Origin: Blepharisma stoltei ATCC 30299
Lineage: Eukaryota; Protista; Ciliophora
Reading direction: 5' to 3'
NCBI GenBank assembly: GCA_965603825.1
Contig: CBFDEM010000012.1
Span: 558,001-622,000 of the forward strand
DNA: 64,000 nucleotides
A model generated the notes under the pieces. That model was not told where the DNA came from. It made no database searches and worked only from the letters and a program-made list of their open reading frames with translations. Of this stretch, positions 13,755 through 25,835 are shown in pieces. Both the position numbers and the translations under genes were made by a program. The stretch's first letter is position 1. The number at the start of each line of letters is the position of its first letter.

Positions 13755-14559
13755 ATGGCTGCTCGAATATTTAAGCAGGCTCCTTTTTTGAATATTCGCG
13801 ATAAAGAATCTATTGGAGCAAGTCCACTAGACACAAGCTATTATCCTTTCAACGAAACAGTATGAGTAAATTTTATCTAAGTACACAATGGGAAAACAAT
13901 TTGGAAATGGCTCATCTGTCACCGAAGTTTTGACTTCAGATACAGTGGCTAAAAAAATTGCAAAACAAAAAGGCATGCTAATAAACCACAAAGAAATTGC
14001 TATCGTAGGAAGGTCAAATTGTGGAAAGTCCAGTTTAATTAATGCCCTTGTAAATGAAAAAGTTGCGATTGCATCAAAAACTCCAGGAAGAACTCAGCAA
14101 TTAATTTATCATACACTTGGATTTAAATCGCCTTTTATCGTAAGTTTAGTTGATGCTCCTGGCTATGGATTTGCAAGCGCTCCTGATGCAGAATTGGAGA
14201 AATGGAAAAAATTGACATCAATTTATTTTAGCTCATCTGCAAATTTATTCAGAACAATTATTTTATTAGATTCGAGAAGAGGCATGATGGGGACTGATAA
14301 AATGCTTATGGATTGACTGGACACTTTAGATAGACAATACACTATTTGCTTGACAAAAGCTGACTTGATAAGCGATACAAAAATAAAAGACTCACTGAAT
14401 AGTATAGGTGATTATATTAGAGATCGCCCAAAATGCTCTGATTTGATTCTTGTTACCAGTTCAAAGTAATATATAATTAGATATAATTATGGAATAAGAG
14501 AAATGACAGCTTATTTGTCGTATACAATGGTAACGAATGAAATGACTCAGATTAAGTAG
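13755..14559 (+). CDS. EngB/YihA-family ribosome-biogenesis GTPase, probably mitochondrial; introns 13866-13881 and 14466-14480
   Basis: G1 GRSNCGKSS, G2 PGRT, G3 DAPGYG, G4 TKAD after TGA(W) at 14314; stop TAG 14557-14559. Confidence 0.85.
13866..13881 (+). other. 16-nt intron GTAAATTTTATCTAAG
   Basis: Restores frame between ATG 13755 and the GTPase ORF. Confidence 0.7.
14466..14480 (+). other. 15-nt intron GTAATATATAATTAG
   Basis: Restores the EngB C-terminus TSSKYNYGIREM. Confidence 0.85.
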
Positions 14560-14661
14560 TTATAAACTTTAAAAATATCAATCTAAAACTTTTTAATGAA
14601 AGGAAATATTATTGAAAAGAAATTCATAGCTCTGAACCATAAATTAATCTAAAATTCTTAG

Positions 14662-15087
14662 TTATGCTGAAAGAATGGTAGTGCCTCCTGCCTTTTTTAT
14701 TCTTTCTTCAGCCTTTGCTGAGAAAAGTCTCGCTTTTACATTTATTGGTCTTGTAAGGACACCTCTGCCAAGAACTTTGAAGAACCCGTGGGCTCCTGCA
14801 TCAACCAGAGGAATTTCACTTGAAGCCTTTTGTTCTTCAGTCAACAATGTGTTGAGAGTGTCTAGATTCACACATGGGCAGAATTCTGTATTTTTCTTTA
14901 AGTGGAATCGCCTCATTCCAACTTTTCCAAAGTAGCCTGGGTGGAATTTGTCGAATAAAATTCTGAGATGGTGGAGTCCACCTGCATTACCACGACCACA
15001 AGGATGCTTTCTGTGTTTGCCAATACGACCATGTCCCATGCTAACATGTCCTCTGAGCTTCCTGGTATGCTTGAGTCTAGCCACCAT
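14662..15087 (-). CDS. RPL27A: 60S ribosomal protein L27a (uL15)
   Basis: [35 protein letters not shown]...[18 protein letters not shown]. Confidence 0.97.
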   Translation of the reverse strand: MVARLKHTRKLRGHVSMGHGRIGKHRKHPCGRGNAGGLHHLRILFDKFHPGYFGKVGMRRFHLKKNTEFCPCVNLDTLNTLLTEEQKASSEIPLVDAGAHGFFKVLGRGVLTRPINVKARLFSAKAEERIKKAGGTTILSA

Positions 15088-16727
15088 ATTAATTTCCAAT
15101 TTAAAGGGAGTCAGGCTCTGTTTATATCGTCTTGAAGAAAATTAATATAAAACTTTATTTCAAAATATTAGCATTTAAAAGAAAAAAATTATATGATAGT
15201 GCACATTACGGTCGTAGAGAATTGAATTTTATTTTTTAAAAAATCATCAAAAAGGAGAAATCAATATTATGAGATAAAACTTGAAAAAAATTCAGCTAAA
15301 TCATGCATAGCCCATAGTTTTAATTATTATCCAAACCAAATTTATTATTAAAATTATGGACATTTATCTGAAATACCGTGAAGATGAAAAAACTATTTAT
15401 AAGTAGTTTAGAGAGCTTATTTTGTTAATATTGAATGATTAAACATTAAAACAAAATCTATAAAATTTTTTAAAGCTTTTCGTGCAAGTGAGTATATTGC
15501 TTATAATAAAAAATTGTTTGTATGAGAAGATAACTAGCTCTGCAGAGTTTTTCTTTTAAGCTCTACTAATCTTTCGGTCGACAGCAAATACATTCCATTC
15601 TATGATTTGAGGTTTATTTTGCATGAGAGTTCAATCCCGGATTAGACTCGTAAGAAATATAGAGAGAGATATCCTATTTGTGGTCAGACCTTAAGAACTT
15701 TGAATTGCCTATGGTTTCACACTTAAATCCGGCAGCAGTGAGAAAGCTTTGCCAAATCTTGAATCATTGAAATCGGTAATATCATTTCCATGCATGCCCT
15801 GGAAGTCGCAAGTCCAACCCAGCGGGTCTGTGAGTCCAGCATGGCTGGGGCTTAAAATATGTTAAAAATTGTGGAAGTACTCTGGGATCTGGTAGTTCCT
15901 AAGAAAATAAAAAGCTATAAATCTTAAAATTAACTATAAACACTAAATCTATAAGCAGAAGCTCAACACAATTTGGACTGCAATAAAACTTAACGCATAA
16001 TGTTAATTAGTGGTATAAACTGAGTCATTTTTCATGTGGAATGATAGGCGAAGATTTACTAGAGATAGGTTAGTTAATAGCTAAATAAAGATATTTGCCT
16101 TATATCCTTTATTGCATTAGCGCTTTAGTTAAGGACAATACATATGAGAGTTATTTATGTAATGCTAATTATTTCTTCTAGTTCAAACAGGAATATATTT
16201 ATTTAAATATCTTTCTTTATAAGCATCTGAATGTCTATTTAAATTTATCACAAGGAAGAAAAATTGATTAATTTATTTATATTTCTTTTTCAATCAAGAA
16301 ATAAGCTAAAGACCTGGCCGCTTATTTAGCAAAGAAACTATGAATAATGAATCATAAATGGTTTAAATTTTATTATTTAAAAACTTTTTTTTGGAATCAA
16401 TGCTCCTCAACGCAGACAAATCTGATCAGCACTTTTGTCTCAATATTCATCGAAACGAATTCTAATAGCATGGAATCTAATTAAAGTCCATTAATGTTAG
16501 CATGAGTTGAGTTGATTTGTTTTATTCTGTTTTTGAATTTTGAAAAACCATCAGAATATTGCAAATTGCTATCAATCTTAAACAGCATCGCTTTAAAAAT
16601 ATTTAGTTGTATAAAATTGCTGTCTCTAGATTTGAACGGTCTGAATTAAATTCTGGCTTCTGAGTTCTTCAAATAGTCTAATATCCAAAAATCTCGATAA
16701 ACTTTCCATATATTGTAAAATAATTCA

Positions 16728-17159
16728 ATGAAAAATAGAATCACTCGCTTCAATTCCCGTGCCGAGACATGTGGCATATGCTTAAATGCAGTCGAGTTTC
16801 AAGGAAAATTAGATTGTTGCAAACACTCTTTTTGTTTTGAATGCATTGAAAGATGGTCTCAGGTATTTACTAATTAGACAGAAAATACATGTCCACTATG
16901 TAAGCTGAGATTTACTTCAATTACAAGAATTTCACGCAGAGTGAATTATTGCGTAAAGAAAAAACCAAAAATTCTATATGTAAAACATAAAAGTCAGAGG
17001 GAGATTGATGACCAATTTAGACTTGTTTTCAGACGTACAGAGAACGAGCTAGATATGAATCTAGGCAGACTCGTTTTTCAAGAATTTCAAAGAGGAAGAG
17101 GCAATGAAGCTGTTTTAAGAGCGTTGATCTCATATTTCTACCTTAATTTAGAAAATTAA
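16728..17159 (+). CDS. C3HC4 RING finger protein; intron 16863-16877
   Basis: Spliced: CGICLNAVEFQGKLDCCKHSFCFECIERWSQTENTCPLCK. Confidence 0.85.
16863..16877 (+). other. 15-nt intron GTATTTACTAATTAG
   Basis: Restores the RING domain. Confidence 0.9.
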
Positions 17160-17232
17160 TAATATACAATAAACAAACTTTTAAACACAAAAATTAGGTT
17201 AATATTTTAATTAAATTTTTCGGGATTTCATT

Positions 17233-18177
17233 TTAAATTCCGAAATAGTTGGAACCCCCAATAATGTCATAGTCCTCAGGATAATTATTCTGGCCAGATC
17301 TTGCTGCTGGTATGCTGTTAAATTGGGCTTGAGATGTGAAATATTGAGAAATTTTGTCAAAAAACTGAGATTGGGCTTTGAATAGATACTCATAAAATTC
17401 TTTTTGAGTTTTTATTTGGATTTCACTAGTATACCGAAGACAGCTGCCTTTCTCTTCATTATATCTAGCAGCTTTACCATAAAAGTGCATAAATTCAATA
17501 CTATAGCAAGATGCTCCTTTTTGAGAAATGATTGCTGTATATTCCTTAAAATTATAAGGAATAGGCTTGTTGAAAATATCTTGAAAATTATATTCATTTA
17601 CAATGGCCGCTTTTGGTATTTTTTTATTTATATTTATTGATGTCGATTGAGAGTTATTCCTTTCTTCTTCATAGGTTTCTCTTGATTGGATATTTCTCCT
17701 TACTTCATCTGCTCTCTGCTTTCTCATTCTTTCCTCATTTTCTTCTTGAATTCTTCTTTGCTGAATTTGATATTTTCTATATTGATCTTTTGCTCAATTA
17801 GCAAAGTGTATAAATTCATTGACGGCTTCTCAAATTTTGAAAAATATTTGTTCTGGACTAAATTCTCTTGGGTCAAGTAAATTATGATTTCAGCTGAACT
17901 TTAAAGTATTATTTCCTTCGAGAAAAAATTTTACTTCAGGTTTTTGGCATATGTTTCTAAGAAAATCACTTGGGATTTCATGATCGTTGAAAAAAGTTGA
18001 CTCTTTAATTAAAATTTCAGGCAAACTTGTGCCTCGAAATGATAACTTGACGGTTATTGAATAATTTTCACATTGTTCTTCAAAAATCTCAATATATCTC
18101 TGATTTTCATGAGAGCTTATTTTTACTGGAATGTCATTTCGGTCAGCAAAAGCCTTAAACTCTTTGAATTTCCCCAT
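17233..18177 (-). CDS. Hypothetical protein
   Basis: Two ORFs in one frame bridged by three TGA codons; TAA stop. Confidence 0.6.
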
Positions 18178-19022
18178 TTTGAAATATTTAGATTAAAACT
18201 CATAAAATTTGCAATTAATCAACCAAATGAGCATACGAATAATAACACCTCTCAGTTAAAAAAATATAATGTATACAAAACCGCAACAGTAATAGACATT
18301 TTATATCTTACTAAATTCACCATTGAAAATGGATCAATATCGAATGCCATTAATATCCTTTCAAAATTATTTAATCCATGTGAAAAGGTGAGAAATTTAA
18401 GCGGAAGTGAAATCAATTATTTTTTCTTAATAAACCTCTATATAAAAAATACTATTAGAATAATAAAATATAAAGTGAATTCTTCAATTTGTGCTCTAAA
18501 AATCCTATAAAATGATTTATTTTTTACTTTCAAAATTTCATCATTTAATATATTACGATTACTCATCACGCAACCCTATGAACTTTTTCTAATTCTTTTT
18601 CAGTTCCTTCAAGCATGCACATGTCAAGTTACCTGACATCATTTTCAGCTCCATTGCAAAAATAAAAAATTTCTATTTTTCTTTAAAAAAATATATATCA
18701 TTCTATTAAGGGGAATTAAAATTTTTAATTTCGAACACCGACCGAATAAAGATTTATGAGCATTTCACTCTAGAAAAAATGATCTTAAGAGTTAATAAGA
18801 GCATTTTGAAACTAAAAGATAAGCTAAATTATTTTTAAATCTATTATATAAGACAGACTAATAACAGATGGTAAACTATAATTATTAATGCTGAGTTAAT
18901 CGTAAAAATATTACAGATGTTAAATAATTTATCTAGAAAAATATTTTGGATTAATGAAATTCTTTATCTGATTTATATTGCAAACAAAATTTTCAAGGCA
19001 TTATAATGTAAGAAAAAATAAT

Positions 19023-20492
19023 ATGGGCTGCTCAATTAATACTAGACTCAAAAGAGTGCAAACATCGGAAGGCACAAAACTTGATGGCCAAAGCAATAAA
19101 GAAATTAAACTTGCTGCTAGCTCTCTATGCCATGAAAATTTGAAAAGCTTTGCAGATGTTTTTAGACTAGGCCCTATGATTTCTCATGGGCCATATTCCG
19201 AAATTCATACTTGTACAAATAGAGAAACAAATATAAAGCGCTGTGTGAAAATTTACCGTAAAGATTTGCTTCCAAACGAAACTGTTAGAACTTCAATTGT
19301 CGGTCAAATTGAAATCCAAAAATCACTTGACCATCCAAATGTGGTTAAAATATTTGAATTCTTTGAAGACATCAAGCGAATTCATGTAATTTACGAGCTT
19401 TGCTCTGGAGGTGATCTTTCTAGCGAAATTCCAGAAGGAAAGTGCCTTCCAGAAGCTAAAGCAGCAAAAGTAACAGAGCAACTTCTGCTTGCGGTTTCCT
19501 TCATGCATGAGCATAACATAATGCATAGGACACTAAGACCTGAGTGCATCTTACTAGAAGAGCCTCACAACCTAAACACAATTAAAGTTTTCGACTTTGA
19601 GCATGCTTCAAGAATTGACATAATTCAGCCTTTAGTAATGAGAAATGGCTTAATAAATTATGTCTCTCCCGAAGCACTCGATTGTATATATAACGAAATG
19701 TCAGATCTCTGGAGCATCGGAGTTATACTCTATTTACTATTATCTGGGTCGCTGCCTTTTAATGGAAAATCAGACGAAGAAATAGCTTTAAACATAAAAA
19801 AAGGAAAAATCAACCTTGCAGATAGTCCTTGGGATAAAATCTCAGATGAAGCTAAAAGATTAATTTTAAAGCTGATTTGTCCAATGAAAAAGAGACTAAC
19901 TGCTTCACAGGCACTTACCCATGCTTGATTTTCTAAGGCACCTATTGAATCCTCAAATGATGAATCAGTTGAATGTGCTTTGTCAAGTCTAAAAAATTTT
20001 GTGTCAAGCAATAAGCTTAGGGACGCAGTTCATATGTTCATAGCATCTCATTGTACAACTGCCAATGAAATAAAATCAATGAGGGAAGCCTTCCAAGCTC
20101 TTGATAAAAATGGGGATGGAAAATTAAGTAGAGAGGAACTGCTTGAAAACTATAGACTTATTGGAAACCCTGAAAACGCAGAAGAAGAGGTAAATCGTAT
20201 AATTTCACAAGTAGATTCAGATGGCAGCGGCTTTATTGACTATACAGAATTCTTAAAAGCAACAGTCGACAAGAAGAAATTTGGGTCAATTGAAAATCTA
20301 AAGAAATCTTTTGACTTATTTGACCGGGACATGAATGGCACTATTAACATTGCTGAAATAAAAGAAATTCTGGAAGTAAATTCAAGTGCTGATGATGCAA
20401 TTTTCCAAGATATAATAAAAGAATTCGATAAAAACGGTGATGGAGTTATAGATCTTGAAGAATTTTGTTCAGTGATTTTATCTAAAATCTAA
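19023..20492 (+). CDS. CDPK-like pseudokinase with 4 EF-hands
   Basis: MGC N-terminus; kinase fold with HRT for HRD and DFE for DFG. TGA 19926 is the W of the conserved HxW. EF-hands DKNGDGKLSREE, DSDGSGFIDYTE, DRDMNGTINIAE, DKNGDGVIDLEE. Confidence 0.9.
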
Positions 20493-23357
20493 TTATAAAA
20501 TATTATCTACCAGCAATAACTCTTGTCTTAAATCTTCAAGTGCTTCTTCAAAAGATTTCTGTCCAGTGCATTTAATGATTTTGCTGTCACTTCTCATGAG
20601 AAATTCTTCAAAATCTTCTTGCACAAAGTCCTCCATTACAATGACAATTATTTTCACCCCATTTTCTAAAATTTCACTTAAATTGCTTAAATAAGCACAT
20701 CCTATATTTTCAGTTTCGTTTTTTAAAAATACGACCATATATTTTTCTCCTGAATCTAGCTGAAAGGTTCTTAAACCTCTCATCATGGCATCAAAAGGAT
20801 GGTCTGCTTTAATATTTGATTTTGCGACCTTAAACAAAGACTCCAAATCCATGCCAGGAAAATCTCTTTCCACAACTTCTAAGTCAGTTAAAGAATTAGG
20901 GTAAACAGTCACCACTCCGAATTTTTCATTTTGTGACTCAATTTCATCGCTTACAAATTGAGTCAGCAAAATATTTGCTTGGGCTTCTAAATTTATGTCA
21001 TAGCAAAGCACAAATAAAATGGAGCGTTTTGTTGATAATAAATTTTCATACATTTTTTTAAGCTCTGGAGCTTCACCAATTACACCGAATTTAAGCATGA
21101 TATTATAAAGCTCAATTATGCAGAGCTTTCGAATGCGGGGGTCATAGGTATTGCCTTGCTCAATACCCATAGTAAAGGCTAAGCCGGCTTCTTGGAATTT
21201 TTCGTTTTCTTTTAAAATCATTCCTCTTCTATATAGCATCATTTGTCTGAGGATATCTTTTTCGTAAATAATATTCCCAATATGAAAATGCTGCTTTCTT
21301 TGGCCTTTTTCTTTGACGTTTACACCAATTCTTCTTAATCTGGTAATATCGATATCAATATCTACATTTCCTTCATTTTCAAGTTTCCATATTTCATCAC
21401 TTACAATGTCCAATAATTCCATAGCTGAGTGATAATATTGCAAGTTTTGGAAGACATAGGCCATGTCAATTAGCAATTTCAGCAGCCTTATATAATGAGT
21501 TCTAGTAGTTATATAATGCTGCAAAGCCCGAGTTTGAAGTGCCAAAATTTCTTTCCACGCAGATCTTAACTGTTCAACAGGCTCTGAATTTTCGTCTAAA
21601 AATGCTTGCTTCGCCATACACAACTGTTGAATTCTTTCACTTATGTTTTCTCTCAGCATAACTTTTTCCTGTTCCCACCCTTCAATAGCTTTTCCTGTTT
21701 TCTGTCTCAGCAGTGTTTTCTCATTCTCATTCAGCTTTTTTTCCTCTTCCTCCTGTTCGAGAACTTCTTTTTCCAGCTCTTCAATTGAATTTAGAGCTTC
21801 TGAGTACTCATTAATTGCTCCTTTATAATCCCCACTATCGAATAGCAAATTCCCAATCAAATTTTTTACAATAGCTATCCCTCGGTTATTTTCAATAGCA
21901 ATAAACAACGACTCAGCCTCTTTTAAGTTGCTTAACCTAATATTCATTTTTGGATGGTTTAAATAATTTGGCTCTATAAATCTTTCTACAATGACTAACA
22001 GTCTTAAATGGTGAATTATCTGGTTGACTTCTTTATTGTATTTTCTTTCAACTGTATGCAAAGACACACGCCCTCTTAAGTATTTTTCTATAAGTTTAAT
22101 AGGGTGTGTAATTCTATGGGTGATTGAAAGCGCAAGTTTCCAAGCAGCAAGCAGAGTAATCAGTAAGAAAAACAGAAAAATTGACATTTGGATTATAATG
22201 ATATTAATGATATCGTCTATCAAGTCATTTCAGTCCTGGAGAACTGTGTTATCATTCACCATAACGCCTGCTGAATAGATGCTTTCTTGGCTTGAATCAG
22301 TTGTATTGAAAATAATAGGTGTTACCCCTACGTAGTATTTTGAGTTCATTCCTTTAATGGTGATTGTGGTGGTTTCTTTATTCATAATTGGGACTATGAC
22401 TTTTGATTTTACTTCTCCTGATAGAATATAATCTTCAGGGAAAAGTGCATTCCATATTGTTTCTTCTTGGAAAACTGTGGGGCTTTGCTTGTCGAGTGCA
22501 AGTACCCATTCTCCATCAATATGTGTAATAAAATATTCATAATCTTCTACTTCTATCATTAAGTTCGATATTGAAGTATCAAATAAATAACCTGCTACTG
22601 CTCCATCATCCATATTTAAAAACTGATTTACATATGAATATTCTGGATAAGCCATAAACTCCTCAGCTAAATTATCAATTTTCAGCAGATAATAAGTGCC
22701 TGTGCATCTAGAGTCAAAAGCTGATTCAGAAACTTTACAAGTCTCAGAATAATTCTGCACCCCATTTATATAGCTCATGTTTTGTAAAGGATATCGATAA
22801 TCCAACCCATCAGTGATGACCAGCCCTATCTGGCTAAATGTGCTTGTTTTCAGAGGGTATAAAAGTCTCATAAAAGCATCTACAAGTTTGATTGTTTTAT
22901 ACGAATTTGAAGCTGATAAGCTTTCCCCGGTTGGGTTAAATCATACAGAGTAATCTAAATTTGGATAAGCTATATAAGAGTTACATGTTGTCGTGAAAGT
23001 GTCATAAGCATATTTTGCTGCAGGGTCTGTGATCTCTGAAGATGCAATCATTTTTCCTGAAATAGTTGAATTATAGACAGATTTGTAAAGTCTCATGTCA
23101 TAGGCAGCCTAATTTTTGTTTACATTTGTTAAGTATGATTTAATTCTTTCACTTCTTGATATTGCGACACGAATTAAATGCTCTTTTTCTTTGTCGACAA
23201 GGTAATTTTCGGTTTCAGTGATCCAATCGACATGCTCGGAAAATAGTATAACAACTGTAAGAAGGGCGCTTAGCAGAATGCCTACGACCAGCGGCAATAA
23301 TGTCGCTAGCTGAAGCTTTTTGCCAATTGAAGGCTTTTTCGGTTTGTTGTGAGCCAT
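20493..23357 (-). CDS. Two-TM receptor-like protein: extracellular sensor (Cache-like?), HAMP, TPR, C-terminal VWA-like domain; intron 23109-23123
   Basis: TM1 LLPLVVGILLSALLTVVILF, TM2 IIIIQMSIFLFFLLITLLAAW, HAMP-like ITHPIKLI...NKEVNQI, TPR AIVKNLIGNLLFDSGDYKGAINEYSEAL. ORFs joined by the intron and TGA. Confidence 0.75.
23109..23123 (-). other. 15-nt intron GTAAACAAAAATTAG
   Basis: Joins the TM1 exon to the ectodomain. Confidence 0.8.
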
Positions 23358-23674
23358 AATGAAACTAATATTAAGTAAAACATTTGCTTAGTTTGAAAAT
23401 ATTTTATGATTAACTATTTAATTTTTTTATTTGTTTTTCTTTGATCTTACAGTGGCTAATTACATATCCGAATTGCACAATTTAAATTTATTATTCCAAA
23501 CTTATCTATTTAGGAAAAATTTACCTAATTAAGAACTTAAGATACAGCTAATAAATTTATTTACGAATAAATTGAAATAAATCTCTTTTGTGATTTATTT
23601 TCTTTCTGCTTAATTTAAATGTAACTTTTTTATTTCTAAGCACCTTTCTAATATTATGGAGATATCTATTTTTA

Positions 23675-24202
23675 TTAAAAGCACAGAGGAAGCGGTTCAA
23701 ACTCAAACCCACTTTCACTACTGGAGTACATATTACATTCATTATCTTTATTCTTGAGTTCATATGGTGATGGAGAAACTTTAAGTGAATTTGGATATAT
23801 ATCTTTTTCAAGTAATATTTCATGAGCTTCATTTTTAATTTCTTCAGTTTTTTTCACTGTGAAGTCTGTCTCTGCTTCAATTTTTATGTTAGAGACTTCT
23901 AATTTATCAGTAGAAATGATCCCTGATGAGTCTGAGTATAATATAGTTACTGGGCATACTCTAAAAATTGGCTTAATATTTGAGCTCTCTTGGTTGTAAA
24001 CATTACTGTCAACTTGATTAAGTGGTGTTTCTTGCGAATTATTTTCTTTCTTAATGCTTCGCGCCTTTTTTGTGTTTTTTTGTGTCCCAGGAGTTTTGTG
24101 AGCTTCCAAAGAGTTAAGAAGCTTTTCTTTATTTTTTCTTAATGTTCTTCTGATTTGAACAATTCTCTGGAATGATTTTTTAGGTTCTGATTTAAGCTTC
24201 AT
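23675..24202 (-). CDS. Hypothetical protein
   Basis: 175-aa ATG-TAA ORF between AT-rich flanks. Confidence 0.55.
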   Translation of the reverse strand: MKLKSEPKKSFQRIVQIRRTLRKNKEKLLNSLEAHKTPGTQKNTKKARSIKKENNSQETPLNQVDSNVYNQESSNIKPIFRVCPVTILYSDSSGIISTDKLEVSNIKIEAETDFTVKKTEEIKNEAHEILLEKDIYPNSLKVSPSPYELKNKDNECNMYSSSESGFEFEPLPLCF

Positions 24203-24697
24203 TATTATAATTTAAGCTAATGATGTTTAGCAAATGTTAACGATTAGCTTTTAATATTAATGGCAATTAATTTTTTGGAAAATAACCATTCTATTCGAAA
24301 TAACCTATCTAAACAATCCAATTATTTGGCTTAGAGCCTTGAAAGAAATAAATAGCCTTCATACAGTAACTCTAATAAGAAATATCAATTTTGGTGATTA
24401 TTTTTTGTAATATAGCAATAAATAGAATAATTTCTATATCAAAATATAGCTATCATTTTGGTTAAGACTTATACTTCCTTTTTATAATTTCCCTTTAAAA
24501 ATTATTATTAATAGAGATATTAGGTAATTGATAATTAATGTATAATATGAAACGAAGGCTTTAAGATTAAATATTTATTTTTTGATATAAAAAGATATGA
24601 AATTTTGTAATAATTTAATAATTATCACATGAATTAATTATATTAGCCCCGCAAAATAATTTCGTTACACAATGCCATTTCTATTTACACATTATAT

Positions 24698-25669
24698 ATG
24701 AATAGATATAATATTGGAATAAATTGACCAAAACAATCCCAAATGCTTCCTGCTTTAATTTTAATCAGGATAGCTATATCATATCAATTTCGAAATCAGA
24801 TCGCCCAAGCAACAAAACATTTCATAGCTATAGAGAACCTTTGGATATTTAATCTTATTTTAATTGAACTAGAAATTGTGAGCATTATCATGATTTTAGG
24901 ATATTGAAAATCCAGCTCTTATGATATCTTGAAAAGAATCTTTATTGTTCTTACTTTATTCTCTGCTCAAATTTTATTATTTGCTCCCAGCTTTAGAATA
25001 TATGAATCAAGCACTATTACAAATTTATCATTATGACTCCTTTCGATTTCATTTATTTTTATTCTGAATATCTTTCTTTCTATCATTAATCAGGTAGTAG
25101 AATTTCAGAATGAATTATTTCTTATATATATAGGTTTGATATTTATTCAAATTCTTTATATATCTACTGAATATTTTACATCTTATATAGAATGTATTGT
25201 GGACTTGCTATTTTTAGTATTTTATTTAAGCATTTCGCTAGCAAATTTTATCTACTTTGGGGCATTTTATTTTGAAAAATATTTATTAAAGCTCCCTGGG
25301 TATAATCAAACATTAAATTTTTACAGAGAGTTTATTTCTGATTTTTTAAGCCAAAATGAATCGGGATATCTGTATTTATTTATCGGGTGTCTATTATATA
25401 TAGTTGACGTAGTTATAGTTTACGCCGTTCTTGACAATTGGCCTCCATGAATGTGAATTGAGATTTGTATATTTTTTATTTCTGTTACATTTACCTGTCT
25501 ATTGTTTCTTAACGACAATATTACTTCTAGGATCACTGAAAAATCTGTTCGCAACAATTTATTTGCATGCTATTTCCAGCTTCAACTTTATTACAACTTT
25601 TATGAACTCCTTGTTTATTTCTATCCAGATAAATTTGAGACGCTTGAAATTTTAATGAGAAAGTATTAA
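24698..25669 (+). CDS. Multi-pass membrane protein (323 aa), largely missed by the ORF track
   Basis: Frame open from ATG 24698 to TAA 25667 with five TGA(W); many hydrophobic F/I/L segments. Confidence 0.6.
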
Positions 25670-25835
25670 AATTAATTAACTAATTATTTAACTTGATTAT
25701 TGCTTTTTTGTTTTAATTAAAGAATTATAATTTATGCTTTATATATAATCACATCTTAGGAACTCCTATTAACTAATATTATAATTTCAGATACTGCACC
25801 CCTAACATATTGATTCACTATTTATTATTTAGCTT

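Noticed and set aside
15711-15717. Minus-strand AAACCAT, the U17/snR30 m2 motif
   Set aside because: No m1 AUAUUCCUA and no ACA box at the expected spacing.
18123-18350. Hydrophobic 75-aa minus ORF overlapping the 18177 start in another frame (possible frameshift)
   Set aside because: No intron or slippery site links the frames convincingly and there is no recognisable homology.
25094-25108. In-frame GTAGTAGAATTTCAG 15-mer as an intron
   Set aside because: Lacks the A10 seen in all supported introns and is not needed for the frame.
25797-25808. CACCCCTAACAT containing one heterotrich telomere unit CCCTAACA
   Set aside because: Single unit with no tandem array and no 1.5-unit template; expected by chance.
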